Source: Candidatus Poribacteria bacterium (GTDB lineage: Bacteria > Poribacteria > WGA-4E > WGA-3G). From it: DNA of 64,000 nucleotides. Positions 19,241 to 30,196 of the stretch are shown here, piece by piece; position 1 is the first letter of the stretch, and the number at the start of each line of letters is the position of its first letter. The stretch is taken from assembly GCA_965197475.1 (NCBI GenBank), contig CBDANF010000003.1, positions 448,001-512,000 of the forward strand, read 5' to 3'. The notes beneath the pieces are model-generated. The model did not search any database and was not told the origin of the DNA. It saw only the letters and a program-made list of their open reading frames with translations. A program made the position numbers and the translations under genes.

Positions 19241-21244
19241 ATGAAAAATGTTGTTTTATTATTACTTCCAATTATCTTCATGTCTTTACCGTGGTATTCT
19301 GTTAGTTTTGCTCAAAATTACATGAAAAATTATCTACCTGAAGGAGCTATCGCGCGGTTCGGTAAAGGATATGTATTTGATTTGGCATATTCACCAGATG
19401 GTACACAACTTGCTTTAGCGAGTACAATCGGTATCTGGCTGATCGATGTCACAACCGGTGAAGAAATCAATCTGTTAACTGGACATACTGATTATGTCAA
19501 TAGCGTTGTTTTCAGTCCTGATGGTAAAACACTTGCAAGTTTTAGTAAAGGATACCACGGTTCCCCTACTATTCGTTTATGGGATGCTGTCACTGGTGAA
19601 TCTAAAGCGGTACTTAGAGAGGAGATAGATCTTTTTGTTTTTAGCCCTGATGGTAAAACGCTGGCAAGCGATGGTGGTGATGCTGGAGTAATCTGTTTAT
19701 GGGATGGTGTCACAGGTGAACTAAAAACAACTCTCATAGGACACACAGCTCCAGTCAAGACGTTAGCGTTCAATCCAGATGGTAGCACACTCGCGAGCGG
19801 CGGTAATGATGAGGTAATCCGTCTTTGGGATGTTACCACTGCTGAACTACAGTTAACCTTCGCAGCACACGCAAATACTGTCAATTTCCTGAAGTATTCT
19901 CCAGATGGAGAGGTCCTTGTCAGTCAAGGCGGAGATAACAATGTCTGTCTATGGGATGCACATACCGGTAAATTTTTACGTATACTCACAACTTGGACAG
20001 AAGATGCTGCTTCTATTGACTTTTCAAAAGATGGGAGAACACTTGTGAGTGTGAATTCCGATGAAAATGTTCGATTGTGGAACCCCCGTACAGGTGAGCA
20101 ACTGAAAACAATCAAACAAAATAGAAATTTTGAGGTCGTGCAGTATTCTCCAGATGGTAGAATATTTGCATGTAGTGAGTGTTATGGAGAAGCAACAGTC
20201 CTACTATTTGATGCTGACACAGGAGAATTATTACATGATCTCAAAATGCCTGGACATGCAGATTGGGTTACTGATTTTCAATTTTCACCAGATGGGCAGA
20301 CACTTTCCATCAAAACCTGTGATGAAATATATTTCTGGGATGTGAATACCGGTGAACTTGAAAAGACAATCACCGGATATTCTGATGTTGTCAGTTCTGT
20401 AGCATATTCTCCTGATGGGAGGACATTAGTGAGCTTAGACGATATCGTACGTATTTGGGATTTAGACACGCAGAAACTCGTAAAGACACTTTCTTTGAAA
20501 AGTTCAATAAGGACAATCGCGTATTCGCCTGACGGAGAGACACTCGCTTGTGGGACTCGCCGCGATAACACAATAGTACTATGGGATGTCAGCGAGTGGG
20601 AAAAAAGAGAAGTACTCAAAGGACATACAGATGGCGTGTCCTCGGTGGCATTTAGTCCAGATGGACAAACCCTTGCCAGTGGGAGTTGGGACGGGACACT
20701 CCGATTGTGGAATGCCCACACGGGAGAACACTTAAAAACCTTTGATAGGCATGCATCAAGTGTTAGCACAGTTTTATTTTCACCTAATGGACAGATTTTA
20801 GCCAGTACCGAAGACGATGCAACAATTCGTTTTTGGGATGTTGCAACGGCGAAACTTGTGAATGCTATAAAAATGAAAGCAGATACGGATGTTAATTCTA
20901 TAGATTTTTCTCCTGATGGGACAACCCTTGTAACCGCAGACACCGCAGACGACACCTGGAAAATCAATTTTTGGGATGTTACAACTGGCGATCGTAAAAA
21001 AGTCACGCATCTTAAAGAAAAAGGAACTTATTATTATGCTGTCCTTTCGCCAGATGGCAAAACACTGGCAAGTGCAGTTTTTAAGGATGAAATATTATTG
21101 TGGGATGTTGCCACAGGAAAACTTCTGAAAACTTTAAAGGGACATATAAGCGATATCAATTCTATAGTCTTTTCTCCAGATGGCAAAACACTCGCGAGTT
21201 GCTGTAGAGACAGCACTGTAATTTTGTGGGATTTAACGAAGTAG
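19241..21244 (+). CDS. Secreted WD40 repeat protein (subfamily A)
   Basis: ATG 19241 after AAGGAG; signal peptide, YMKNYLPEGAIARFGKG, WD40 repeats. Confidence 0.9.
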   Translation: MKNVVLLLLPIIFMSLPWYSVSFAQNYMKNYLPEGAIARFGKGYVFDLAYSPDGTQLALASTIGIWLIDVTTGEEINLLTGHTDYVNSVVFSPDGKTLASFSKGYHGSPTIRLWDAVTGESKAVLREEIDLFVFSPDGKTLASDGGDAGVICLWDGVTGELKTTLIGHTAPVKTLAFNPDGSTLASGGNDEVIRLWDVTTAELQLTFAAHANTVNFLKYSPDGEVLVSQGGDNNVCLWDAHTGKFLRILTTWTEDAASIDFSKDGRTLVSVNSDENVRLWNPRTGEQLKTIKQNRNFEVVQYSPDGRIFACSECYGEATVLLFDADTGELLHDLKMPGHADWVTDFQFSPDGQTLSIKTCDEIYFWDVNTGELEKTITGYSDVVSSVAYSPDGRTLVSLDDIVRIWDLDTQKLVKTLSLKSSIRTIAYSPDGETLACGTRRDNTIVLWDVSEWEKREVLKGHTDGVSSVAFSPDGQTLASGSWDGTLRLWNAHTGEHLKTFDRHASSVSTVLFSPNGQILASTEDDATIRFWDVATAKLVNAIKMKADTDVNSIDFSPDGTTLVTADTADDTWKINFWDVTTGDRKKVTHLKEKGTYYYAVLSPDGKTLASAVFKDEILLWDVATGKLLKTLKGHISDINSIVFSPDGKTLASCCRDSTVILWDLTK

Positions 21245-21277
21245 GGATTATACATCAAAAATAGAGATTAGGAGGGC

Positions 21278-23179
21278 ATGAATATGCAAAAGCCGCAACA
21301 CTACACACAGTGGAGTCTTTCCCCAGGAGCCAAAAAACGCATCGGAAAAGGGGGAATAAATGAGATAAAGTATTTTCCGGATGGGACACGACTCGCTGTT
21401 GCAAGTACAATAGGCATCTGGATTTACGACGTGGAAACATGCAAACCGCTTGAATTGATAACGGGACATACAGGACCGGTCAATTCATTAGTATTCAGCC
21501 CAGATGGAGGTACGTTTGCGACCGCGAGTGATGATATGACCGCACGTTTGTGGGATACCATCACAGGTGAGCACAAAGCAAGTTTCGTCGGACATACGGA
21601 TACTATCAACGCTGTCGCGTTCAGTCCGAATGGTGAAAAGCTTGCCACTGCAAGTGACGACAAAACGATTGGTCTCTGGAACCTGCATACGGGAGAACAG
21701 ATAGCAAAACTTGAGGGGCATACGGAGAAAGTTTTTTCAGCAGTTTTTTCGCCTGATCGCACTGTAATTGCCAGCAGTGAAGCATTTGGTGGAGAAGGTG
21801 GAATTCGGATTTGGGATGTACATACCGGTGAATTTCTAAAATTTTTTTCTGAAGACACCGATTGGATAGAATATATCGTGTACAGCCCCGATGGTAGCAT
21901 GCTCATTAGTCGAGAAACTCGTGGAGAAATTAATTTTTGGGATGCTAACACAGGTAAAAAGCTGAAACCGTGCGAAACAGAAAGTTGGATGGGTAAATTC
22001 AGTCCTGTAACGTTTGCCCCGGACGGTCAGACCTTCGCTATTGGCATTAGGGACGGTGATGTCTGCCTTTGGGATACTGACACTGGAAGATTGCTGAAAA
22101 AGTTTGAACTTGAGGAAGATGTGGATTCTTCGCCCTCTTCTGTAGCTTTTTCACCTGATGGCGAAACGATTGCTTGTGCCAGTGAGGACGGCACGATTCG
22201 GTTTTGGGACGTAAACACCAGTAAAATTTTAAAAGTGATTACAGATCATACATCTCATTTCTCTGCTACGCAGAAAACAGAGGGGACACAGGCACCATCT
22301 CAACGTACTTTTTCTGTTGCCTATTCCCCAAATGGCAATACACTTGCAAGTTGCTACGGGACCGAAATTCATTTTCGGAATCCGGAGACAGGTGAAATCC
22401 AAACAACTATCACAGGACCGCGTGAAAATGTCCGTTCATTAAAATACTCATCGGACGGTGAAATACTGGCAAGTGGTGAAGATACAACAAAAGCGCGATT
22501 ATGGGATGTGCAAAACGGAAGATTCCTCGGAACCTTCGCGGGACATAAGGATAATATATCTTCAGTGGCGTTTTCCCCGGACAGTAGCATGCTTGCAACT
22601 GGTAGCCATGACAGGACAATCTGCTTATGGAAAGTCCGTATAGGTGAACTGTATCTTATTGGCGATCTGCTATTAACACTTACTGGGCATACAGACAATG
22701 TTTGTGCCGTAGCGTTTTCTCCCGATGGAGGCAACCTCGCCACAGGCAGCTGCGACAAGACAGTCCGATTGTGGGATGTCCACACTGGAAATTTACTGAA
22801 AACCCTTACTGACCACACAGGAAGTGTTTACGACGTGGAATATTCACCAGATGGCAGCATACTTGCCAGCGGGAGTCGTGATGGGGAGATCCGCTTGTGG
22901 AACAGTCAGACCGGCGAACTGTTGGAAACTCTTAAAGGACAAACACAGAACATATTTTCTGTTGCATTTTCGCCGAATGGTAGTTTGATCGCTTGTGGGG
23001 ACAATGGCACAATTCACTTTTGGGACGTGCGGACAGGCAAACTACTAAACACGTGTAGGGGACATACGGATGTGGTGAATAGCCTTGCGTATTCACCAGA
23101 TGGAAAAACGCTTGCAAGTGGGAGTAGAGATGGGACAGTACTCTTGTGGGACATAGCAACAGTTCTTATACCAAATTAA
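21278..23179 (+). CDS. WD40 repeat protein (subfamily B, no signal peptide)
   Basis: IKYFPDG, ELYLIGD, WD40 repeats; the stop codon lies within the MITE end at 23166. Confidence 0.9.
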   Translation: MNMQKPQHYTQWSLSPGAKKRIGKGGINEIKYFPDGTRLAVASTIGIWIYDVETCKPLELITGHTGPVNSLVFSPDGGTFATASDDMTARLWDTITGEHKASFVGHTDTINAVAFSPNGEKLATASDDKTIGLWNLHTGEQIAKLEGHTEKVFSAVFSPDRTVIASSEAFGGEGGIRIWDVHTGEFLKFFSEDTDWIEYIVYSPDGSMLISRETRGEINFWDANTGKKLKPCETESWMGKFSPVTFAPDGQTFAIGIRDGDVCLWDTDTGRLLKKFELEEDVDSSPSSVAFSPDGETIACASEDGTIRFWDVNTSKILKVITDHTSHFSATQKTEGTQAPSQRTFSVAYSPNGNTLASCYGTEIHFRNPETGEIQTTITGPRENVRSLKYSSDGEILASGEDTTKARLWDVQNGRFLGTFAGHKDNISSVAFSPDSSMLATGSHDRTICLWKVRIGELYLIGDLLLTLTGHTDNVCAVAFSPDGGNLATGSCDKTVRLWDVHTGNLLKTLTDHTGSVYDVEYSPDGSILASGSRDGEIRLWNSQTGELLETLKGQTQNIFSVAFSPNGSLIACGDNGTIHFWDVRTGKLLNTCRGHTDVVNSLAYSPDGKTLASGSRDGTVLLWDIATVLIPN

Positions 23180-23260
23180 CTTGATCTCAATCGGTAGGCG
23201 CGCTTTGTAAGCGCGCTATCTGCCCAGAAAAGTAAGATAAATCCCGTTAATTTGGTATTA
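23166..23260. mobile_element. MITE (TATACCAAATTAAC ends)
   Basis: TTATACCAAATTAAC / GTTAATTTGGTATTA, with the internal hairpin GTAGGCGCGCTTTGTAAGCGCGCTATC. Confidence 0.6.
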
Positions 23261-24169
23261 TAGTAGATCCTGAAAATAAGTTTACATTTTCTGTGATTTA
23301 TGTTAGCCTTTATGATTATGGCATATTCAACAGATGGACGCAAACGCGTGCTTGATTTCATCAATAATGGTGGCAGTAAAGCCGCCGCAGAACGCACTTT
23401 TCGTGTCTCAAGAAGAACGATCTATAACTGGTTGGAAGCAGAAGACCCCTTCGCCTGTGAAAAACCGGGACCCAAAGGTCCCCGAGATATTGATTATGAC
23501 GCACTTCAGCAACATGTTGCCGATTTCCCAGATTCCACACTCGCCGAACGTGCCAAACACTTCGGTGTTTCAACAAACGGCATCTTTTATGCCTTCTCAA
23601 AACTCAATATTACGCGAAAAAAAAGACAACGACCTACAAAGAACAGTGTCCGATAAAACGCCAAGAGTATCTTTCGGCACTTCAACAAGAGACACAGGAG
23701 CATGGCAAAAAACCGGTTTATCTTGACGAAAGTGGTTTCACTGAAACCACTTTCCGTCGGTATGCTTATGCCCGAAAGGTGTCCGTGTTGAAGATAAAGT
23801 GCCAAGCCATCGGTATACCACCACGACGCTGATTGCGGCACGGCTTGATGGATGTTTCACAGCACCTGTGCTTTTCAAGGGCAGTTGCGATGCGGTCGCC
23901 TTCAACAGTTGGCTTTCGGAAATGTTGTGTCCATTGCTTGACGATAGCCATGTTGTGATTATGGATAATGCGTCTTTCCACAAAGGTTCACAGACGGCGG
24001 CATTGATCCGGGATTGCGGTGCGAGTTTGTTGTTTTTACCACCGTATTCACCGGAGTTGAATCCGATTGAGAAGGATTTCGCCAACATCAAGCGGATACG
24101 TCAATACAATGCTCAGACTTCTATTGATGATATTATAAAAGTGTATAAGTAATTACGGGATTTACTATA
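23259..24169 (+). mobile_element. IS630-family insertion sequence
   Basis: TA-TAGTAGATCC / GGATTTACTA-TA ends with TA duplication, enclosing an IS630 transposase. Confidence 0.88.
23318..24152 (+). CDS. IS630 transposase split over three frames (frameshifted, possibly inactive)
   Basis: HTH ORF (MAYSTDGRKRV..). A -1 shift at the A8 run 23617-23624 gives ..YLDESG.., and a second -1 shift near 23773-23778 leads into ..VIMDNASFH..LPPYSPELNPIE. Confidence 0.8.
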
Positions 24170-24303
24170 ATTGATCAGGAAGTGATGTTCTTAATCTGCT
24201 AATATTGATGTGCTTTTTCGCAAAACTCGTAAAAAGTGCATCCATGGATGTGTTAAAAAGGTGTACGTGGCAAAGTTTAAAAAATTGTTAAGGAGAATTG
24301 GTT

Positions 24304-26274
24304 ATGAAAAATGTCGGCATGATGATTCCGATTATCTTAATGTTCCTACCCTGGTTTTCTGTGGGTTTTGCTCAAAATTACATGGAAAAATATCTTCCTA
24401 AAGGAGCAATTGCACGATTCGGTAAAGGTTATGTTTTTGATTTTGAATATTCTCCAGACGGCACCCGACCTGCTGTTGCAAGCACAATCGGCGTTTGGCT
24501 CTATGATACACAAACCTATGAGGAAATCAATTTGCTTACAGGACATACAGATTATGTCTTGAATGTATATTTCAATCCAAATGGTAAAACACTCGTCAGC
24601 GAGAGTGGTGATGGCGAATGGTCTCCTGCAGAGACAAAACTATGGAATGTCTCTTCTGGTGAACTGATTGCAACCCTCACAGATCAGAAAATTAAAGTCA
24701 ACAACATAGTCTTCAGTCCGGATGGAGAAACACTTGCAATAGCAAGTGGCGACAATACCATCCGATTTTGGGATGGAGTTACTGGAGAACCAAAGAAAAC
24801 CCTAACAGACCATGGGTCCAAGGTTTTGAAGTTTAGTCCTGATGGTAGTAGACTCGTAGGCGGTAGCGGAGAAGTCATCCATTTCTGGGATGTCGCCACG
24901 GGTGAACTTCAGTCGACCTTTGCAGCACACGCGAATAGTGTCGGTTCTCTGATATTCACTTCAGATGGAAAAATGATTGCAAGTCAAGGTGGAGATAACA
25001 ATGTGTGTTTATGGGATGCTGAAACCGGAGAATTTTTGCGTATCTTTAGGAGTGATGCGAAAGGTGTTTCTGACATTGACTTTTCAAGTGATGGGAAAAC
25101 GCTTGCTATTGTGAGTTCCGATGGAACAATCTGGTTGTGGAATAGGCATACTGGTGAGAGAATCACTACTTTTAAATGGGATACCAATTTAAATTATGTG
25201 CAATTCTCTCCTGATGGGAAAACTTATGCATGTGATGATGATGACGGAACCATGCTACTATTTGATGCCAATACGACAGCGTTATTACACAAACTCAAAA
25301 TGCCCGGGCATAGAAAAAGTGTCGATGATTTTCGGTATTCACCTGATGGGCGGACACTTGCCGTTTCCAACGGGTTTGAAATATATTTTTGGGATGTGAA
25401 TACCGGTGAACTTCAAAGGACAATCACCGGATATTCTGAGGTAGTAGGTGGTGTAATATATTCTCCTAATGAGGAGACATTAGTGAGTTTTGACTATGTC
25501 GTACGTATTTGGGATGTAGCCACTCAAAAACTTCACAAGACAATTGCACCTGAAAGTTCAGTATCTGCAATTGCGTATTCTCTGGATGGGCAGACCATCG
25601 CTTGTGGAACTTATGACAATACAATTGAGCTATGGGATGTTAGCAGATGGAAGAGCAGGGTTATTCTCGAAGGACACACGAAAGGGGTATCCTCGGTAGC
25701 ATTTAGTCCAGATAGGCAAACACTCGTAAGTGGGAGTTGGGACGGGACGATTCGATTGTGGGATGCTCATACGGGAGAACTCTTAAAAACCTTTAAAAAG
25801 CATGGATCAAGCATTAGCACAGTTATATTCTCACCTGATGGACAAACTATAGCCAGTACTGGGGACGATCAAACAATTCGCTTATGGAATATTGCCACTG
25901 GTGAACTTTTGAGAACTATTGAAACAAAAGCAGATGATGTTTATTCTATAGATTTTTCACCAGACGGTACAACGCTTGTGACTGCAGACGACACCGGGCA
26001 AATCAAATATTGGGATGTTACAACTGGAGATCGTAAAATGATCGCACACCCAAAAGAAAAAGGATATTATGTTGTCCTTTCACCAGATGGCAACACACTG
26101 GCAAGTGCAGATGCGGGTAATATATTTTTGTGGGATGTTGCAACGGGAAAACTTCTCAAAACCTTGAAGGGACATATAAGCGATATCAATTCTATAGTCT
26201 TTTCTTCAGATGGTAAAACCCTTGCAAGTGGATGCAGAGACAGCACAGTAATACTATGGGATTTAACAGAATAA
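24304..26274 (+). CDS. Secreted WD40 repeat protein (subfamily A)
   Basis: Signal peptide, YMEKYLPKGAIARFGKG; close paralogue of 19241..21244. Confidence 0.9.
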   Translation: MKNVGMMIPIILMFLPWFSVGFAQNYMEKYLPKGAIARFGKGYVFDFEYSPDGTRPAVASTIGVWLYDTQTYEEINLLTGHTDYVLNVYFNPNGKTLVSESGDGEWSPAETKLWNVSSGELIATLTDQKIKVNNIVFSPDGETLAIASGDNTIRFWDGVTGEPKKTLTDHGSKVLKFSPDGSRLVGGSGEVIHFWDVATGELQSTFAAHANSVGSLIFTSDGKMIASQGGDNNVCLWDAETGEFLRIFRSDAKGVSDIDFSSDGKTLAIVSSDGTIWLWNRHTGERITTFKWDTNLNYVQFSPDGKTYACDDDDGTMLLFDANTTALLHKLKMPGHRKSVDDFRYSPDGRTLAVSNGFEIYFWDVNTGELQRTITGYSEVVGGVIYSPNEETLVSFDYVVRIWDVATQKLHKTIAPESSVSAIAYSLDGQTIACGTYDNTIELWDVSRWKSRVILEGHTKGVSSVAFSPDRQTLVSGSWDGTIRLWDAHTGELLKTFKKHGSSISTVIFSPDGQTIASTGDDQTIRLWNIATGELLRTIETKADDVYSIDFSPDGTTLVTADDTGQIKYWDVTTGDRKMIAHPKEKGYYVVLSPDGNTLASADAGNIFLWDVATGKLLKTLKGHISDINSIVFSSDGKTLASGCRDSTVILWDLTE

Positions 26275-26299
26275 ATAAACAAAATGAGGTGTTGATAAT

Positions 26300-28120
26300 A
26301 TGAATATAGAAAACCGACGACCCTACATTCAATGGGGACTTCCCCAAGGTGCAAAAGCACGTCTTGGCAAAGGAGGAATTAAAAGGCTCCAGTATTCGCC
26401 AGATGGCACACAACTTGCCGCTATCGGTTCTATTGGTATCTGGTTATACGATGCACATTCCTACACCGAAGTTGCTTTTATGGGATTCGGACAAGTTCCC
26501 GGAACAAATCCACTCCCACCTTCGTGGGCAGGCACAACCCTTGTAACGCTAAATAGGGATCAAACAATTTCGCTATGGGATACTCACAAGGGACAACGTC
26601 AAATCACTTTTGTAGATAATGTAGATAATGTAGAAGGTATCTGTGATGTCGTACTTTCGCCAGATGGAACTACATTTGTCACTGCAGGATACGATAAGTC
26701 AATTCGCTTCTGGGATCGCCGTACAGGTCGTTTACGCTTTACTGTTGTTGGACATACGGATACAATCAACGCATTAGCATTTTCACCAGATGGCAAAATT
26801 CTTGCCAGTGGCGGCGACGATCAGACGATTCGGTTGTGGGATACCCAAAATAGTAGACATCTTTCCACCCTCACTGGGCATGAAGCTGATATCTGGATGT
26901 TGGCATTTTCTCCAAACGGCATTATTCTTGCCAGCCGAAGTACAGACAAAACAATCTGTTTGTGGGATGTCACTACAAGCGAGAAGCGAGAGACCTTTAC
27001 AAATCTGGGCAATCTGGGGCATTTTAAATTTTCGCCTGATGGCACCCTCATCGCCTGTGGGAGCAACGATAATACCGTTCGGCTCTGGAATGCAGATTCA
27101 GGTACTGAACACGCAAGACTCACGGGGCATACTGCCTCCGTTTGGGGTATAGCATTCTCACCTGATGGCACGACAATCGCAAGTTCCGCACCAGATAACA
27201 CAATCCGGTTCTGGAATCTTGCTGACGGCAGAGAAAAAGGAATCATTACCGGACATGTGAATTGGGTACATTCCATTGCATTCTCACCTGATAGCAGCCT
27301 TCTCACAATCGGAGGAAATTATAAAACACCTCACTTGTGGAATTTGGATACCTATACTGAGTCCACACCTTTTGATAGCCATCTCCATTTAATTCATGAA
27401 ATGGTATTTTCTCCAGATGGCACAACACTTGCCAGTGCCAGTCGAGATGAAAGGATTTTCTTGTGGGATATGAACACCAAAACCCAACGAGCAATCTTGC
27501 AAGGGCATACAGGTACGATTCGCTCATTAGCGTTTGCGCCAAATGGCACAACTCTCGCCAGCGGCAGTGATGATGAGACTATACGATTATGGGATATTGA
27601 TACCGGAAATCAATTAGCACTTTTAAAGGGACATACCAAGTGGATTGGCACCGTTGCGATTTCCCCAGATGGTAGAACCCTTGCCAGTTGCGGTGTTGAT
27701 AGGACGGTTCGCCTATGGAATGCTAACACAGGACATCCGCTTACCGTTCTCAAAGGACATACTTCTATTGTTTTTTCGGTGGTTTTCTCGCCAGATAGTA
27801 GAATTCTCGTCAGTGGAAGTTCAGATGAGACTATTCGGTTTTGGGATATGCATTCTTGTCAGCATCTCTCAACTCTGACAGTACCGAGTGCCGTTTTTGC
27901 ATTGGCATTGTCTCCAGATGGACTGACGCTGGCGAGTGCAAGTGAGGATGGAAAAATCCGAATATGGGATCCACACACCGGTAATCAACGCGCGGTCCTG
28001 AGTGGACATATCGCTGGCGTTGATACTTTGGCATTCAGTCCTGATGGAAGAACGCTTGCCAGTGGTAGTTATGATAACACTGTGATTTTATGGGATATGA
28101 CAAAAATTAATTTAACGTGA
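26300..28120 (+). CDS. WD40 repeat protein (subfamily C)
   Basis: WGLPQGAKARLGKG followed by regular GH..WD repeats. Confidence 0.9.
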   Translation: MNIENRRPYIQWGLPQGAKARLGKGGIKRLQYSPDGTQLAAIGSIGIWLYDAHSYTEVAFMGFGQVPGTNPLPPSWAGTTLVTLNRDQTISLWDTHKGQRQITFVDNVDNVEGICDVVLSPDGTTFVTAGYDKSIRFWDRRTGRLRFTVVGHTDTINALAFSPDGKILASGGDDQTIRLWDTQNSRHLSTLTGHEADIWMLAFSPNGIILASRSTDKTICLWDVTTSEKRETFTNLGNLGHFKFSPDGTLIACGSNDNTVRLWNADSGTEHARLTGHTASVWGIAFSPDGTTIASSAPDNTIRFWNLADGREKGIITGHVNWVHSIAFSPDSSLLTIGGNYKTPHLWNLDTYTESTPFDSHLHLIHEMVFSPDGTTLASASRDERIFLWDMNTKTQRAILQGHTGTIRSLAFAPNGTTLASGSDDETIRLWDIDTGNQLALLKGHTKWIGTVAISPDGRTLASCGVDRTVRLWNANTGHPLTVLKGHTSIVFSVVFSPDSRILVSGSSDETIRFWDMHSCQHLSTLTVPSAVFALALSPDGLTLASASEDGKIRIWDPHTGNQRAVLSGHIAGVDTLAFSPDGRTLASGSYDNTVILWDMTKINLT

Positions 28121-28310
28121 GTTCGGTGTCCGAAATATGAAGTTCTTAATGCTTGAATTCTACCCGATTAACCGTGGTAGGTGCGGTTTCTAACCAATGC
28201 AGAATACCACACGCGTATTCTGCCTGTAGCATAAACTGTTAGTTTGTGCATCAAAAGGACGCAAACTAACAGTTTGCGCTACAAAAAATGCTTATACCGA
28301 ACTCACATTA
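28113..28310. mobile_element. MITE (TAACGTGAGTTCGG ends) containing REP-like palindromes
   Basis: TAACGTGAGTTCGG / CCGAACTCACATTA inverted repeats; related left ends at about 32210 and 44171. Confidence 0.65.
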
Positions 28311-28341
28311 ATCTATAAACCTAATCAGAGGTATTGATAAC

Positions 28342-30159
28342 ATGAATATAGAAAACACACCATCCTACATGCAATGGGGACTTCCTCCAGGTGCCAAAGC
28401 CCGTCTTGGCAAAGGTACAGTTGGAAGGCTCCAGTATTCTTCAGATGGCACACAACTTGCCGCTATTGGTTCTATTGGTATCTGGTTATACGATGCACAT
28501 TCCTACGCCGAAGTTGCTTTTATGAGAGTCGGACAAGTTCACGGAACAAATCCACTCCCACCTTCGTGGGCAGGCACAACGCTTGCCACGCTAAATTGGG
28601 ATGAAACAATTTCGATATGGGATACTCACACAGGACAACGTCAGATCACTTTTGTAGATAATGTAGCAGATATTTGTGATGTCGTACTTTCACCAGATGG
28701 AACTACGCTTGTCACTGCAGGATGGGATAAGTCAATTCGCTTTTGGGATCGCCGTACAGGTCGTTTACGCTTTAATGTTGTTGGACATACGCAGATGATC
28801 AACGCATTAGCATTTTCCCCGGATGGTAAGATCCTCGCCAGCGGCAGCGATGACAAAACTATCCGGCTGTGGGACTCTCAAAATGGTAGACATCTTTCCA
28901 CCCTGACTGCAGATGAAACTGATATCTGGATGTTGGCATTTTCTCCCAACGGTATTATTCTTGCCAGTCGAAATACGAACGAAACCATCGACTTGTGGGA
29001 TGTCACCACAAGCGAGAAGCGGGAGACCTTTACAAATCTGGGCAATCTCGGTCATTTTAAATTTTCACCGGATGGCACTCTCATTGCAAGTGTCAGCGGC
29101 GATCATACCGTTCGGCTCTGGAATGCAGATTCAGGTACTGAACACGCAAGACTCACAGGACATACAGCCTCAGTTTGGGGCATCGCGTTCTCGCCCGATG
29201 GTGCGACCCTTGTGAGTTCTGCAGAAGACAACACAATCCGGTTCTGGAATCTTGTTGATGGCACAGAAAAAGGGATCATCACCGGGCATGTGGGTTGGGT
29301 ACATTCCATCGCCTTCTCACCTGATAGCAGTCTTCTCGCGATCGGAGGGAATCACAAAACACCTTGCTTGTGGAATTTGGATACCTATACGGAGTCCACA
29401 CCTTTCGACGGTCATCTCCGTTCAATTGATGAAGTGGTTTTTTCTCCAGATGGCACAACGCTTGCGAGTGCTAGTCGAGATGAAAGGATTTTCTTGTGGG
29501 ACATGAACACCAAAACCCAACGGGCAATCTTGCAAGGGCATACAGATATGATTCGTTCATTGGCGTTTGCGCCAAATGGCACTACGCTTGCAAGCGGCAG
29601 TGATGATGAGACTATACGATTATGGGATATTGATACAGGAAATCAATTAGCACTTTTAAAGGGACATACCAATTGGATTGGCACCGTTGCGATTTCCCCA
29701 GATGGTAGAACCCTCGCGAGTTGTAGTGCTGATGGTACAGTTCGCTTATGGAATGCTAACACAGGACATCCGCTTACTGTTCTCAAAGGACACAGTTCTG
29801 TTGTTTTTTCGGTGGTTTTCTCGCCAGATGGTAGAATTCTCGTCAGTGGAAGTTCAGATGAAACCATTCGATTTTGGGATATGCATTCTTGCGAACATCT
29901 CTCAACTTTGGCAGTACCGAGTCATGACATACATGCATTGGCATTGTCTCCAGACGGACAGACGCTTGCCAGTGCCGGTCAGGATGGAAAAATCCGAATA
30001 TGGGATCCTTACACCGGTAATCAACGGGCAGTCCTCAGAGGACATGTCGCTGACGTTGATACTTTGGCATTCAGTCCTGATGGAAGAACACTTGCCAGCG
30101 GCGGTGATGATGGTACCATCCTCCTCTGGGACGTTCAGAATGTTGGAAACACGTATTGA
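28342..30159 (+). CDS. WD40 repeat protein (subfamily C), tandem duplicate of 26300..28120
   Basis: Very similar protein and DNA sequence to the preceding gene. Confidence 0.9.
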   Translation: MNIENTPSYMQWGLPPGAKARLGKGTVGRLQYSSDGTQLAAIGSIGIWLYDAHSYAEVAFMRVGQVHGTNPLPPSWAGTTLATLNWDETISIWDTHTGQRQITFVDNVADICDVVLSPDGTTLVTAGWDKSIRFWDRRTGRLRFNVVGHTQMINALAFSPDGKILASGSDDKTIRLWDSQNGRHLSTLTADETDIWMLAFSPNGIILASRNTNETIDLWDVTTSEKRETFTNLGNLGHFKFSPDGTLIASVSGDHTVRLWNADSGTEHARLTGHTASVWGIAFSPDGATLVSSAEDNTIRFWNLVDGTEKGIITGHVGWVHSIAFSPDSSLLAIGGNHKTPCLWNLDTYTESTPFDGHLRSIDEVVFSPDGTTLASASRDERIFLWDMNTKTQRAILQGHTDMIRSLAFAPNGTTLASGSDDETIRLWDIDTGNQLALLKGHTNWIGTVAISPDGRTLASCSADGTVRLWNANTGHPLTVLKGHSSVVFSVVFSPDGRILVSGSSDETIRFWDMHSCEHLSTLAVPSHDIHALALSPDGQTLASAGQDGKIRIWDPYTGNQRAVLRGHVADVDTLAFSPDGRTLASGGDDGTILLWDVQNVGNTY

Positions 30160-30196
30160 TTGAATTTATAATAGCATATAAGTTGGAGGCATTATC

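Noticed and set aside
17826-21951. Long antisense ORFs (e.g. 17826..18740, 20278..21006, 21424..21951)
   Set aside because: Shadow frames of the repetitive WD40 coding sequence (recurring 'LPSGEN' mirrors FSPDG).
26300-30159. Diversity-generating retroelement (template/variable repeat pair)
   Set aside because: No reverse transcriptase in the window; both copies are full genes and the differences are not confined to adenines.
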